The notes under the pieces were generated by a model that searched no databases, was not told the origin of the DNA, and worked only from the letters and a program-made list of their open reading frames with translations. Shown in pieces: positions 52,108-60,711 of a stretch of 64,000 nucleotides of DNA (its first letter is position 1; every line of letters starts with the position of its first letter). This stretch comes from a virus (Duplodnaviria > Caudoviricetes), in the IMG/VR virus record IMGVR_UViG_3300014205_000200, positions 1-64,000 of that record; one strand, written 5' to 3'. Made by a program: the position numbers and the translations under genes.

Positions 52108-52917
52108 ATGTCGATCCCGATCAAGCTCGCCCCCCTACCGCTATGGACCGACCGTTGGGACGAAGCGGCCCTGAGGGAACGGCATCGTCGCAACCCTCGC
52201 CAGTTCGCCCGGGGGTTCTTCATGCAGGCGATGGTCGACGGCGAGAACACGTTTCCGTCGTTCGAGAAGTGCCGCCAGCCGGGCCTAGTGCTCGGCGATC
52301 TGATCCGCAATAGCTGGCCCTGCTTCACGGGCGTGGACCTGTCGTCGACCAAGCGACCCGGAAACGCGATCGTCACCGTCAAGCTCGACCCGATCCAGAA
52401 GCGACGCTTCCCGGTCGACATTCGGTTCGGGCGCTGGCGATCGAACGAGCTGTGCGAGGCCATCCAGCAGGTCAACAACCAGTTCCACCCGGCCGTCATC
52501 ATGGTCGAGAACAACGGCTACCAGGAGTCGCTGATCGACTGGGTGGGCGACCAGAAGAACCGGTTCGACTTTTGGATGAAGGTCGAACCGACCACCACCA
52601 CGAGCGGCACCAAGGCCCACGCCGACATCGGGCTCCCCGGTTTGGAGGTGGAGTTCGCCCACGGTGCCTGGTCGATCCCCTATTCGGAGTACGAGCACCT
52701 GACGGGCGGGGAGGGGATCGGTGCCACGAACGAGGACGAGGACGAAGAGGACGGCGCGCCCGGAACGCTGCACTCCGACTGGCGGGCCCGCCAGTGGGCC
52801 CGATGGGACTATGAGTTTCGCCATCACCCGATGGCGGCCACCAACGACGGCGTGATGGCGACCTGGTTCGCCCGGCAGGGGATCGAGCTATATAGCGGCT
52901 ACCTCCAGCCCGGGTGA
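52108..52917 (+). CDS. terL: terminase large subunit, linker + C-terminal RNase H-fold nuclease half
   Basis: LPLWTDRWDEAALRER...FARGFFMQA linker; FTGVDLSS, IMVENNGYQ, NDGVMATWFA acidic triad. Confidence 0.85.
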   Translation: MSIPIKLAPLPLWTDRWDEAALRERHRRNPRQFARGFFMQAMVDGENTFPSFEKCRQPGLVLGDLIRNSWPCFTGVDLSSTKRPGNAIVTVKLDPIQKRRFPVDIRFGRWRSNELCEAIQQVNNQFHPAVIMVENNGYQESLIDWVGDQKNRFDFWMKVEPTTTTSGTKAHADIGLPGLEVEFAHGAWSIPYSEYEHLTGGEGIGATNEDEDEEDGAPGTLHSDWRARQWARWDYEFRHHPMAATNDGVMATWFARQGIELYSGYLQPG

Positions 52918-52931
52918 GAACGCGCGTTCTC
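52916..52931. repeat. 16-bp palindrome copy 12 (overlaps the TGA stop of the TerL nuclease half)
   Basis: Exact. Confidence 0.95.
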
Positions 52932-52954
52932 GCCCCCGGGGGGAAGATGGGGGC

Positions 52955-53446
52955 ATGGTTGATGTGATGGTCTTCGGGGTCGCGTTGGTGGCGATCGGGT
53001 TCGCGGTTGTCCGCTTGTTGAAGCGGGTCCGGTCGGACATTTGGCTGGGCGACCTGTGCTACATGCGGCGGTGGAAGTTTATGCCTGAGCGGTGGCCCGG
53101 GTTCCGGGTCCATCAGATCCTCCTGCCCGACACCGATCGGGAGCTGCACGATCACCCGTTCTCGTTCGTGTCGTTCGTCCTGTGGGGCGGCTACTGGGAG
53201 GAGCGGCCGAGTGGGCTGGGCTACGGAACGGTCCGGGCGTGGCATGGCCCGGGGTCGCTTCTGTTCCGCCGGGCCGAGGACCTTCATCGGCTCGACTTGA
53301 AGCGGCCGGCCTGGACGTTCGTCTTGCGTGGCCGATATCGGCGCGAGTGGGGCTTCCTCACCCGTGACCGCGGGTGGGTGCCTTGGCATCAGTTTCGATC
53401 GGTTGCCGATCCGGCGCCCGGCCGGGCGGAAAGCAGCTTTCGATGA
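52955..53446 (+). CDS. cupin-fold protein with N-terminal TM
   Basis: YMRRW, HQILLPD.DRELHDHPF.FVSFVL.GGYWEE, DLHRL, WTFV..G...REWGF. Confidence 0.7.
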   Translation: MVDVMVFGVALVAIGFAVVRLLKRVRSDIWLGDLCYMRRWKFMPERWPGFRVHQILLPDTDRELHDHPFSFVSFVLWGGYWEERPSGLGYGTVRAWHGPGSLLFRRAEDLHRLDLKRPAWTFVLRGRYRREWGFLTRDRGWVPWHQFRSVADPAPGRAESSFR

Positions 53447-53889
53447 GTCCGGTCTTCGACCTCACGCACGCGCTCACGCTCTGGCGCCCGGTCGCGAGCG
53501 CGATGGTGCACGGGCCGAAGCAGATCGAGAACCGGGGTTGGGCGCCCCCGATGAAGTTCCTCGATCGTCGGATCTGGATCCACGCCGGATTGCGGTGGGA
53601 CGAGCCGCTCGCCGACTTCGTGAGGGCCCGATGGCCCGAGGTCGACCAGACGCCGAACCCGGGCGGCTACATCATTGGGCACGCCCGGATCGCCGGGTGG
53701 GTGTGGCGCGAGAAGGAGCCGAAGGTCGTCGGTCTGGCGACGCCGGATCTGATCGACTCGCCGTGGTTCATCGGGCCCTACGGCTGGCTGCTGACCGAAC
53801 GAACGCCGTTGTACCGGCCGGTGCCGGCTCAGGGACATCAGAAGCTTTGGCTGGTTGATGCCGCCACTAGGGCGCGATGCCGCCACTAG
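53443..53889 (+). CDS. ASCH domain protein
   Basis: LTLWRPVA..MVHGPKQIENRGW...IWIHAG...GYIIG...GPYGWLL...PVPAQGHQKLW. Confidence 0.85.
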   Translation: MSPVFDLTHALTLWRPVASAMVHGPKQIENRGWAPPMKFLDRRIWIHAGLRWDEPLADFVRARWPEVDQTPNPGGYIIGHARIAGWVWREKEPKVVGLATPDLIDSPWFIGPYGWLLTERTPLYRPVPAQGHQKLWLVDAATRARCRH

Positions 53890-53895
53890 GGCGCG
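53858..53895 (+). repeat. perfect 19-bp tandem duplication ATGCCGCCACTAGGGCGCG x2
   Basis: Read directly from sequence. Confidence 0.9.
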
Positions 53896-53943
53896 GCTTC
53901 CAGCTTGGTTGACGGTCTGTCGGCTATCTGGTCTTGATGGCGC

Positions 53944-54495
53944 GTGGACGTCGTCAACAACGACCGGGTGTCGCTCTCGAGCCCCCAGGTGGTCGAGTTG
54001 GAGATCCTGGTCGCGTCCGACGCGCCTTTCACCTACCAGGTCACGCTGCCGACGCCGGTCAACGGCGGCTCCCGAACGTTCTCGGTCGAGACCGGCGCCG
54101 ATCCGCTGACGACCGACGAGGTGGCGGCCCTGTTGGAGACGGTTCTGTTCAACGAGCAGACCCCCTACGCGGTCTCGCGCGCGGGCCCGGTCATCGTCTT
54201 GGTCGGTCCGCTCGGCTTCACCTTCGAGGCGCAGCCGGGCGATCGGCTGGAGGCCCGGGTGGTGTCGGTTGGCTATAGCGGCCAGGACCTGTCGACCGGC
54301 CGGCAGATCGGGACCTGCAAGGTGATCGAGTGCCGGAACCTGTCGACCGGTCGGATGCGGCAATACTACACGCGCGACCGCGACGGAGTGGTGCTCTATC
54401 GGTGGGACGTCCTTCTCCAAGAGGAGAACACGTCCAACTATTTCGAGGTTCAGGCGGACCAGATCCTGACCCTAATCGAGAGCGCTCCCTTCTGA
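53944..54495 (+). CDS. hypothetical, possibly virion-associated protein
   Basis: 183 aa, beta-rich. Confidence 0.5.
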   Translation: MDVVNNDRVSLSSPQVVELEILVASDAPFTYQVTLPTPVNGGSRTFSVETGADPLTTDEVAALLETVLFNEQTPYAVSRAGPVIVLVGPLGFTFEAQPGDRLEARVVSVGYSGQDLSTGRQIGTCKVIECRNLSTGRMRQYYTRDRDGVVLYRWDVLLQEENTSNYFEVQADQILTLIESAPF

Positions 54496-54510
54496 CGGGA
54501 AGATGGGGCT

Positions 54511-54879
54511 ATGGCGATCAAGAACTGCGTGATCTGTGGGAAGCCGATTCCGGCCTCGTTCGGCCCCGAGGCGGTCATCTGCTCGGTTGTCTGCTCGACC
54601 GTGCTGTCCGAGACGAAGGAACGTGAGCGGGAGATCGAAGCCGACGTCCGGGAGGCCAACCGGGCGACGCTCGAAGACGACGAGCCGGCCGATGGCGAGC
54701 GGGCCGAACCCCAATCGGAGATCCCAGTTTGGATCGAGAACGCGGTCCTGATTGCCCAGCTGGCCGAAGCCCTGGCGGTCTGCGCCGACCCGAAGGTCGC
54801 GAGTGAGATCCTGTCGGTCCTGAGCGGCCGGGTGGCGTTTGCGCAGTCGGCTGCCAGCCGGGCGGTGAAGGGATGGTGA
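54511..54879 (+). CDS. hypothetical protein with N-terminal zinc finger
   Basis: CVICGK...CSVVC; GAAGAT-N6-ATG. Confidence 0.55.
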   Translation: MAIKNCVICGKPIPASFGPEAVICSVVCSTVLSETKEREREIEADVREANRATLEDDEPADGERAEPQSEIPVWIENAVLIAQLAEALAVCADPKVASEILSVLSGRVAFAQSAASRAVKGW

Positions 54880-55094
54880 TCCACCAGTTCCGCATGCCGA
54901 TCATGTTCCCGCTGGGGGAGCGTGGGAGTGAGGCCGATCGGAAAGACCTAGAGCAGCGAGCCGAGGTGAAGATGATGACCCAGATCTTCGACCAACGATA
55001 TCGCCCGTTGGTCGAAACCTTCACGGTGAAGTGGAGTTCAGGTCGGGCGCTCGGGGAAGCGACGATGATGGGCGAGAAGGAGGGCGACGAATGA
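54873..55094 (+). CDS. hypothetical protein
   Basis: Overlap chain. Confidence 0.45.
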   Translation: MVIHQFRMPIMFPLGERGSEADRKDLEQRAEVKMMTQIFDQRYRPLVETFTVKWSSGRALGEATMMGEKEGDE

Positions 55095-55459
55095 AGGCGC
55101 AGTACACGATGGGGATCGATCAAGACGGCCGGCGTCGGTGGTACGCCGAGGGCCTCGAACTAAAGGCGTTGCCGATTGAGTTCGCCCTCAAATTCGAGGC
55201 CACATGGCCGATCGGTACCCGGGTGGTGGTCGAGATGCCGGGCCCGGGTGATGATCGCCTGGAGCGGCGGTTCCGCGCCCTGTTGGAGAAGAAGGTGTCG
55301 CCGGCCGATCGGAAGCAGCCGTTGTTCGAGGAGGCGTTGAACCGGGCGGTCGGCGCCATGATGGAGGGCAACGAGAAGGCCCGGAATCGGTTCGAGGCTC
55401 GCTTGATCGAGCTGGGGCTCGCCGTCGAGCAGCCGGACGGTGTAGATTCGGAGCTATGA
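55091..55459 (+). CDS. hypothetical protein
   Basis: ATGA overlap. Confidence 0.45.
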   Translation: MKAQYTMGIDQDGRRRWYAEGLELKALPIEFALKFEATWPIGTRVVVEMPGPGDDRLERRFRALLEKKVSPADRKQPLFEEALNRAVGAMMEGNEKARNRFEARLIELGLAVEQPDGVDSEL

Positions 55460-55962
55460 ATTTCGGCGATGACGCGATCGGGCGGGCGGTTGAGGCGAGC
55501 TTTCGGGCCAACAAGGCGGGGGTCGCCCCCGGGTCGCACAAGAACCGGGCCGACCCGTACGACGTGCGACAGCACCAGGCCGACCAGGTGGGTGACGCTC
55601 GCGACCCCGATGTCTGGAAGCCGGTCATGACCTACTTCGACTTCCACTGGTTTGAGCCCGCGCACCTGACCGCCCGGGTGGGGCCGATCCGCTACACGCC
55701 GAGCGATCTCCCCGATGTGTTGGACCAGTACGGCCGGCCGGTGAAGATCGAAGGCATCCACCTCGAGAAGCCCCACGAGGTCGGCCAGTGGCGGAACGAC
55801 CTCCAGTCCGACAGCTGGCGGGTTCCGGAGCAGCTCAAGATGGCGTTCACCCACCACGATCTGGCGACGCTCTACCGAACCCCCGAGCAGTTCTACGACT
55901 TCTTCATGGGCCAGATCCGGAGGCTCCGCGCCCAACGGGCCGGTCTGGTCCTTCCGCGCTGA
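55456..55962 (+). CDS. hypothetical protein
   Basis: 168 aa; ATGA overlap. Confidence 0.55.
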   Translation: MNFGDDAIGRAVEASFRANKAGVAPGSHKNRADPYDVRQHQADQVGDARDPDVWKPVMTYFDFHWFEPAHLTARVGPIRYTPSDLPDVLDQYGRPVKIEGIHLEKPHEVGQWRNDLQSDSWRVPEQLKMAFTHHDLATLYRTPEQFYDFFMGQIRRLRAQRAGLVLPR

Positions 55963-56003
55963 ACCGCTATCCGGGGGGCGCCCGGTCGGTGTAGCTTCGT
56001 CCC

Positions 56004-58091
56004 GTGGAAAACGTCGATCTCTCCTTTGGCGGCACTCGGTTTCCGAGGGCTCAGGAGGTGCGTCGCTACCTGTACGGTTCGGGATCGCAGGGACTCAGCC
56101 CGCGGTTCCGCCATCTGCACCGGCTCGACACCTACTACCGGGGCCAGGAATACGACGGGTTGAAGTACACGTGGGATGGGTTCAACGCGGACGACGCCGA
56201 GGGGCTCTCGGCCAAGAGCGCGACCCCGTTCGGCTTCAGCCGGATGGACATCCCACTTCACGCCAGGAAGCCTTCGATCAGTCTTCGGTTGACCCCGTTG
56301 GTGGTCGAGCGGTTCACCGATCTGCTGTTCAGCAACGAACGCAAGCCGAAGATCCGAGTCGAGGATGACCCCGACAGCGAGGACTTCCTGAAGGCGGTCG
56401 TCGAGCAGGCTCACTTCTTCCGGTCGATGGTGGAGGCCCGGAACTACGGCGGGGCGATGGGATCGGCTCTGGTTACGGTTCACCTTCGAGAGGGCCGGTT
56501 CATCTTTAAGGCGCACTCGCCCAAGATGGTGCAGGAGGTCGTCTGGAAAGACGCGGACCTTCGGATCCCCGAGGGGGTGTTGATTCAGTACCAGTACTTC
56601 GAGGGCCGCGAGATGTTGGACTCGAAGACCGGGGCTCCGACCGGCCAGGTGAAGCAGGTCCCCTTCCTGTTCCGCCGAATCATCGACGACGAGATGGACA
56701 TCACGTTCAAGCCCACCGAGATCGTCGGGGGCGAGCTGCCGAATCCCGAGGTCGATCTCCTGAAGACCTACCGCCACAACCTGGGCCGCTTCCCCGGCTT
56801 CTGGATTCAGAACCTCCCGTCGAGCGAAGACCTCGATGGTCTGTGCGACGTCGACAGCCTCCACGAAGACATGGAGGTGATCGACCGACAGATCAGCCAG
56901 AGCAATTCCGGTCTTTTGAAGAACCAGGATCCGACGTTGGTGATCGCTCGTGACCGGAAGAACGTTCAGTTCGGCATCCCCCTGCGGAAGGGTTCCGACA
57001 ACGCGCTCGAGGTCGGCACCGGCGGTTCGGCCCAGTACCTGGAGATCGGCGGCGCCGGCATTCAGGCCGCAGCTGAGTTCGTTCGATCGATGAAGAACGC
57101 CGTGTTGGACAAAGCGGGCGCCGTCATCGTGGACCCGGAGAAGATCAGCGGGGCGGCCCAGAGCGCCAAGGCGATCGAGTTCATCTACGGTCCTATGCTG
57201 GCCAAGGCAGATCGGCTGCGGGACCAGTACGGCGAGGCGATTATCGAGTTGCTGACGATCGTCCTGCTGCTGGCGCGCGAGTTCAAGAAGCCGACCAACT
57301 ACCAGGGCAACGTCGAGCCGCGATTCAAACTGACCAACCGGGTGGAGATCGACGACGAGTCCGGTGAGATTCTGTCGTCGGAGCCACGCGATCCGGGGGC
57401 GGGCGAGCGGGTGACGCTCAAGTGGGGTGCCTACTTCTCCAAGACGCCGACCGACATCCAGTCGGAGGTCGGCACCCTGTCGGTCGCCAAGCAATCGCGA
57501 ATGATCGACAACGAGACGGCGGTGCGGATGTGCTGCGAGCTGTTGGGTATCGATGATGTCGATGCCGTCCTCGAGCGGCTAGAGACCGATCGCCAGCAGG
57601 ACAGCCTGATCGCCAGCGACGCTGAGGGCGGCGGGTTCTATCCGGTGGCCGAGCCGGCGGACGGCGGTGAGGGCGACGAACCGGCCGATGAAGGCGGGGA
57701 GGTGCCCCCGGGCGGTCCTGAAGCCCCGGATCCGGGCCCAGGTGAGGCGTCGCCCGACGGCGCCCCCGCGGCCGAGCCCGACATGCAGGCGAGGGCCCAG
57801 GAGATCTTGGACCGGCACAAGGAGCTGGCCGACCAGCCGGCCGAGGCCGGGGGTGCCGATCTGGCGTCCATCGTGGGGAAGTCGGGGGACCGGGAGTACA
57901 ACGGTGCCCAGATCGCCAGCGCGATGGAGGTGGTCAAAGGTGTCGCCGCCGAGGAGATCCCGCGGGACTCCGGCATCGCCTTCTTGGTCATCATGTTGGG
58001 CCTCACCGAGTCGGCCGCCGAGGCCGTCATGGCGGAGGTCGGGAAGTCGTTTGTCGCCAAGGCACCCGCTCCGCCTCCGTACGGCGGGTAG
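56004..58091 (+). CDS. portal protein with acidic linker and extra C-terminal helical domain
   Basis: YYRGQEY, VERFTDLLFS, FPGFWIQN.PS..D.DG, QSAKAIEF.Y, W..YF...P; upstream of head genes; TAGCTT-N6-GTG. Confidence 0.82.
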   Translation: MENVDLSFGGTRFPRAQEVRRYLYGSGSQGLSPRFRHLHRLDTYYRGQEYDGLKYTWDGFNADDAEGLSAKSATPFGFSRMDIPLHARKPSISLRLTPLVVERFTDLLFSNERKPKIRVEDDPDSEDFLKAVVEQAHFFRSMVEARNYGGAMGSALVTVHLREGRFIFKAHSPKMVQEVVWKDADLRIPEGVLIQYQYFEGREMLDSKTGAPTGQVKQVPFLFRRIIDDEMDITFKPTEIVGGELPNPEVDLLKTYRHNLGRFPGFWIQNLPSSEDLDGLCDVDSLHEDMEVIDRQISQSNSGLLKNQDPTLVIARDRKNVQFGIPLRKGSDNALEVGTGGSAQYLEIGGAGIQAAAEFVRSMKNAVLDKAGAVIVDPEKISGAAQSAKAIEFIYGPMLAKADRLRDQYGEAIIELLTIVLLLAREFKKPTNYQGNVEPRFKLTNRVEIDDESGEILSSEPRDPGAGERVTLKWGAYFSKTPTDIQSEVGTLSVAKQSRMIDNETAVRMCCELLGIDDVDAVLERLETDRQQDSLIASDAEGGGFYPVAEPADGGEGDEPADEGGEVPPGGPEAPDPGPGEASPDGAPAAEPDMQARAQEILDRHKELADQPAEAGGADLASIVGKSGDREYNGAQIASAMEVVKGVAAEEIPRDSGIAFLVIMLGLTESAAEAVMAEVGKSFVAKAPAPPPYGG

Positions 58092-58130
58092 CCGTTGCCA
58101 CCCGGTCGTGGGGATCGGTATAGTGCCGAA

Positions 58131-58709
58131 ATGGGCAACCGATTCCGCGACTGGGCCAACGCAGGGAGCGATGACAGCGTCGATCTCACCTCTCGTCTTC
58201 GCCGTTCGGCCCCGGTCGTCCAGGCGGAACCGGTCCCGCCGCCGTCCCCGGTCTTCCGCCCGCAAGAGCCCCAACCACCAGCTCAGCAGCTGGTCGACCC
58301 TCGTGGCTTCACGGCCGGAAGCCGGCCGATCGTCGGGATGTCGCAGCCCCGGCCGGACGGTCGGATGCAGGGGGTCTTCACGACTCCGGTGCTGGAGACC
58401 TGCTACATCGTGAAGGCGGGTGGCCACGACAGCTACAAGGAGCTGATGGCCCAGCTGCCCGATCTGACGAACGGCCAGGACTTCTCCGATGGCGTCGACG
58501 CGATGGCGCTCCCCGGCATCCCGGAGTTCGCCGAGATGCGGGATTGGACCGACGGTGCCCGGTACTACACGGGCGCGACGGACCGTCGGGCGAAGGAGTC
58601 GCTCGGCGACGTGATTCAGCGTCGCTACGGCGACAATGTCGGCAACATCCGGCAGTCCCGGGCATCCCGGATCGCCTCGACCGGATCGCCTCCTAATCGG
58701 AACCGCTGA
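58131..58709 (+). CDS. hypothetical protein
   Basis: TATAGT-N6-ATG. Confidence 0.55.
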   Translation: MGNRFRDWANAGSDDSVDLTSRLRRSAPVVQAEPVPPPSPVFRPQEPQPPAQQLVDPRGFTAGSRPIVGMSQPRPDGRMQGVFTTPVLETCYIVKAGGHDSYKELMAQLPDLTNGQDFSDGVDAMALPGIPEFAEMRDWTDGARYYTGATDRRAKESLGDVIQRRYGDNVGNIRQSRASRIASTGSPPNRNR

Positions 58710-59803
58710 TGGCCGGGCCGTCGGATCCAAAGAAGAAGCCCGAGCGGCCGTCGGTGGCGGCCCGGGTCGCCAAGGCGGTGGTCAAGAAGACGGTGAGCCG
58801 GAAGGCGCAGGCGCGCGACAAGCGGGTCGGGCGCGGCAGCTTGGCGGCGAAGCTAATCGGCGCCCACGCGAAGCAGCTCGAACGGCAGATCGAAGTGCAC
58901 GGGGTGGCCGGTCTGGCGCCGTTGTACCGAGATGCGAAGGCCGAGCTGGTGGCCCGGTTGGCCCGACTGGGCGGCAAGTCGAAGCCAAGCCAGGCGGAGA
59001 TCCAAGCGATGATCCGGCAAGCAGAAGCGGTCATCCAGACGCTGGGTGAGCGCCAGGGCGGCGTGCTGAAGGGCGTCAGCAGTCGGGTGGTCGAGATGGG
59101 GGTCGAGCAGGCGGCCGAGGAGTACCGACAGATGAGCCGCCGGATTTCCGGCACGACGCCGGTTCTTGATCTCGAGCGAGGTTCCCAGCTGAGGGGTCTG
59201 GTCCGCGACGTCGACAGCTCGTTGCTCCGGCGCCACAGCATTCAGATCGGAACCTGGACCCAGAATGCCGTGCTGGGGATGGAGCAGAACCTGTCGGTCG
59301 GCTTCATGTCGGGGAAGCCGGTCTACTCGATGATCGAAGACCTGATGGCCGAGAACGGTCTAATGGCGAGCGAGCGCTACAAAGCCGAGCGGATCGTCCG
59401 GACGGAGGGCTCGTTCAGCCACGGGACGGCCCGGTTCAACGCCATCCGCCGGGCGCGGGATGAGCTGGGCGACGAGAAGATGCAGAAGCGGCTGGTCGAG
59501 ACGTTCGACGATCGGACGGGCGACGACTCCTTCCTACTTCACGGTCAGACGGTTCCGGTCGATCAGCCGTTCACCTACAAGTTCAAGAGCCAGGGCTCTT
59601 GGATGGTGAAGCTGTACCAGCACCCGCCCAACCGACCCAACGACCGAGCGGTCGTGATCGCCTGGGATCCGACGTGGAGCGAGACCGATATCGACCGAGC
59701 GTTGACGATCCCCGAGTTGTTGGTCGCACCTCCGACCCGTTGGCGCGCCACCCCGGGGGTGAAGATCCCGCCGGGCCATCGCCCCGGGCGTCCGTACCGC
59801 TGA
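58709..59803 (+). CDS. head morphogenesis / minor capsid protein (Mu gpF / SPP1 gp7-like)
   Basis: KAERIVRTE..., FDDRTG.D...LHGQ, HPPNRPNDR. Confidence 0.85.
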   Translation: MAGPSDPKKKPERPSVAARVAKAVVKKTVSRKAQARDKRVGRGSLAAKLIGAHAKQLERQIEVHGVAGLAPLYRDAKAELVARLARLGGKSKPSQAEIQAMIRQAEAVIQTLGERQGGVLKGVSSRVVEMGVEQAAEEYRQMSRRISGTTPVLDLERGSQLRGLVRDVDSSLLRRHSIQIGTWTQNAVLGMEQNLSVGFMSGKPVYSMIEDLMAENGLMASERYKAERIVRTEGSFSHGTARFNAIRRARDELGDEKMQKRLVETFDDRTGDDSFLLHGQTVPVDQPFTYKFKSQGSWMVKLYQHPPNRPNDRAVVIAWDPTWSETDIDRALTIPELLVAPPTRWRATPGVKIPPGHRPGRPYR

Positions 59804-59841
59804 CCTTGATAGAGACCCGGCCGGCCCTGTAGAGCTAGTGG

Positions 59842-60048
59842 GTGGATCCAGCCAACCGGGATTGGATGCTGGCGCTGGCGGGTGCGATCGAAAGACTCGA
59901 GCGCGATGGCGCCTACGCGAGCGTGACGCTGCTGGTCGACGGCGGCGACATCGTCCGGGTGAAGGTCGAGCGAAGTGCCAAGACGATCGAGGAGCTTGCG
60001 CGGTTCGGCCAGCCGTCGGTAGGCTCCGCCACGAACAAGGGAGATTGA
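59842..60048 (+). CDS. hypothetical protein
   Basis: 68 aa. Confidence 0.45.
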   Translation: MDPANRDWMLALAGAIERLERDGAYASVTLLVDGGDIVRVKVERSAKTIEELARFGQPSVGSATNKGD

Positions 60049-60051
60049 ACC

Positions 60052-60708
60052 ATGGCGATTGATGCGAGCACGATTCGGAAGTGGGCTACGGGCGCGACCA
60101 CCAAGTCGCGGAATGTCGACGCCAAAGGCGACGACGACGAGATGCCCCCTGATGAGGGTGCCGAGGGCGAGGACGAAGAGGGTGGCGATGCCCCTCGGAA
60201 CGCCCTTTGGGCCGGCGAGATGGAGGCCGACGCGGAGATCGACGAGGAGAGCGCGGCCGAGTTGGTCGGGTGGATGGAGGAGAACGAACCCGAGATCGCC
60301 GATGCTCTGTTGGAGCTGGCCGAGAACCTGACGGCCGAAGAGCCCGATCCGCGGATGCTAGGCCACGCGCGTGAGGAGCTGAAGACCGTCAACCAGTACC
60401 TCTCCCCTGAGTACCCCGAGTTGACGCCCGAGCAGCGGTCCGCCATCGACAAGAACCTGTCGATCGAGATGAAGGCGGCCGGGATGCCGGAGCGCGGCGA
60501 ACCCGCCTGGGACATGGCGGTCGCGAAGGCGATCGTCTCGGCCCGGTCCGAGAAGAAGGCCGACGAAGAGGAAGAGGAAGACGAAGAGGGGGCGGAGAAG
60601 AAGAAGCCCAACCCGTTCGCCGAGAAGAAGCCCAACCCGTTCGCCAAGAAGGGTCCGCCGGCATCGGCTGGTGAGAAGAAGCCCAACCCGTTCGCTAAGG
60701 GGGCCTAA
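60052..60708 (+). CDS. acidic protein with three C-terminal KKPNPFA repeats
   Basis: Highly D/E-rich; KKPNPFAEKKPNPFAKK...KKPNPFAKGA. Confidence 0.65.
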   Translation: MAIDASTIRKWATGATTKSRNVDAKGDDDEMPPDEGAEGEDEEGGDAPRNALWAGEMEADAEIDEESAAELVGWMEENEPEIADALLELAENLTAEEPDPRMLGHAREELKTVNQYLSPEYPELTPEQRSAIDKNLSIEMKAAGMPERGEPAWDMAVAKAIVSARSEKKADEEEEEDEEGAEKKKPNPFAEKKPNPFAKKGPPASAGEKKPNPFAKGA

Positions 60709-60711
60709 TCA

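Larger units (their letters stand above)
7321..54511. promoter_or_regulatory. dispersed GGGAAGAT-N5-8-ATG/GTG motif (~20 copies), probable -10 element of leaderless promoters
   Basis: Precedes starts at 7321(-), 7758, 10066, 11108, 19835, 23746, 24447, 25565, 27876, 31519, 34959, 38077, 39587, 40440, 41539, 43134, 43542, 51399, 52955, 54511. Confidence 0.7.

Noticed and set aside
37950-52200. Split intein or group I/II intron joining the two terL halves
   Set aside because: The N-half ends ...SERWV with no intein N-domain (no C/S-start Hint block), the C-half has no ...HN/C junction, and no intron-encoded RT or recognisable intron core was seen; not formally excluded without RT-PCR
51987-52313. 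108-aa membrane ORF overlapping the TerL nuclease start as the missing link of terL
   Set aside because: Different frame from the nuclease half and no terminase similarity; at most a small independent TM protein
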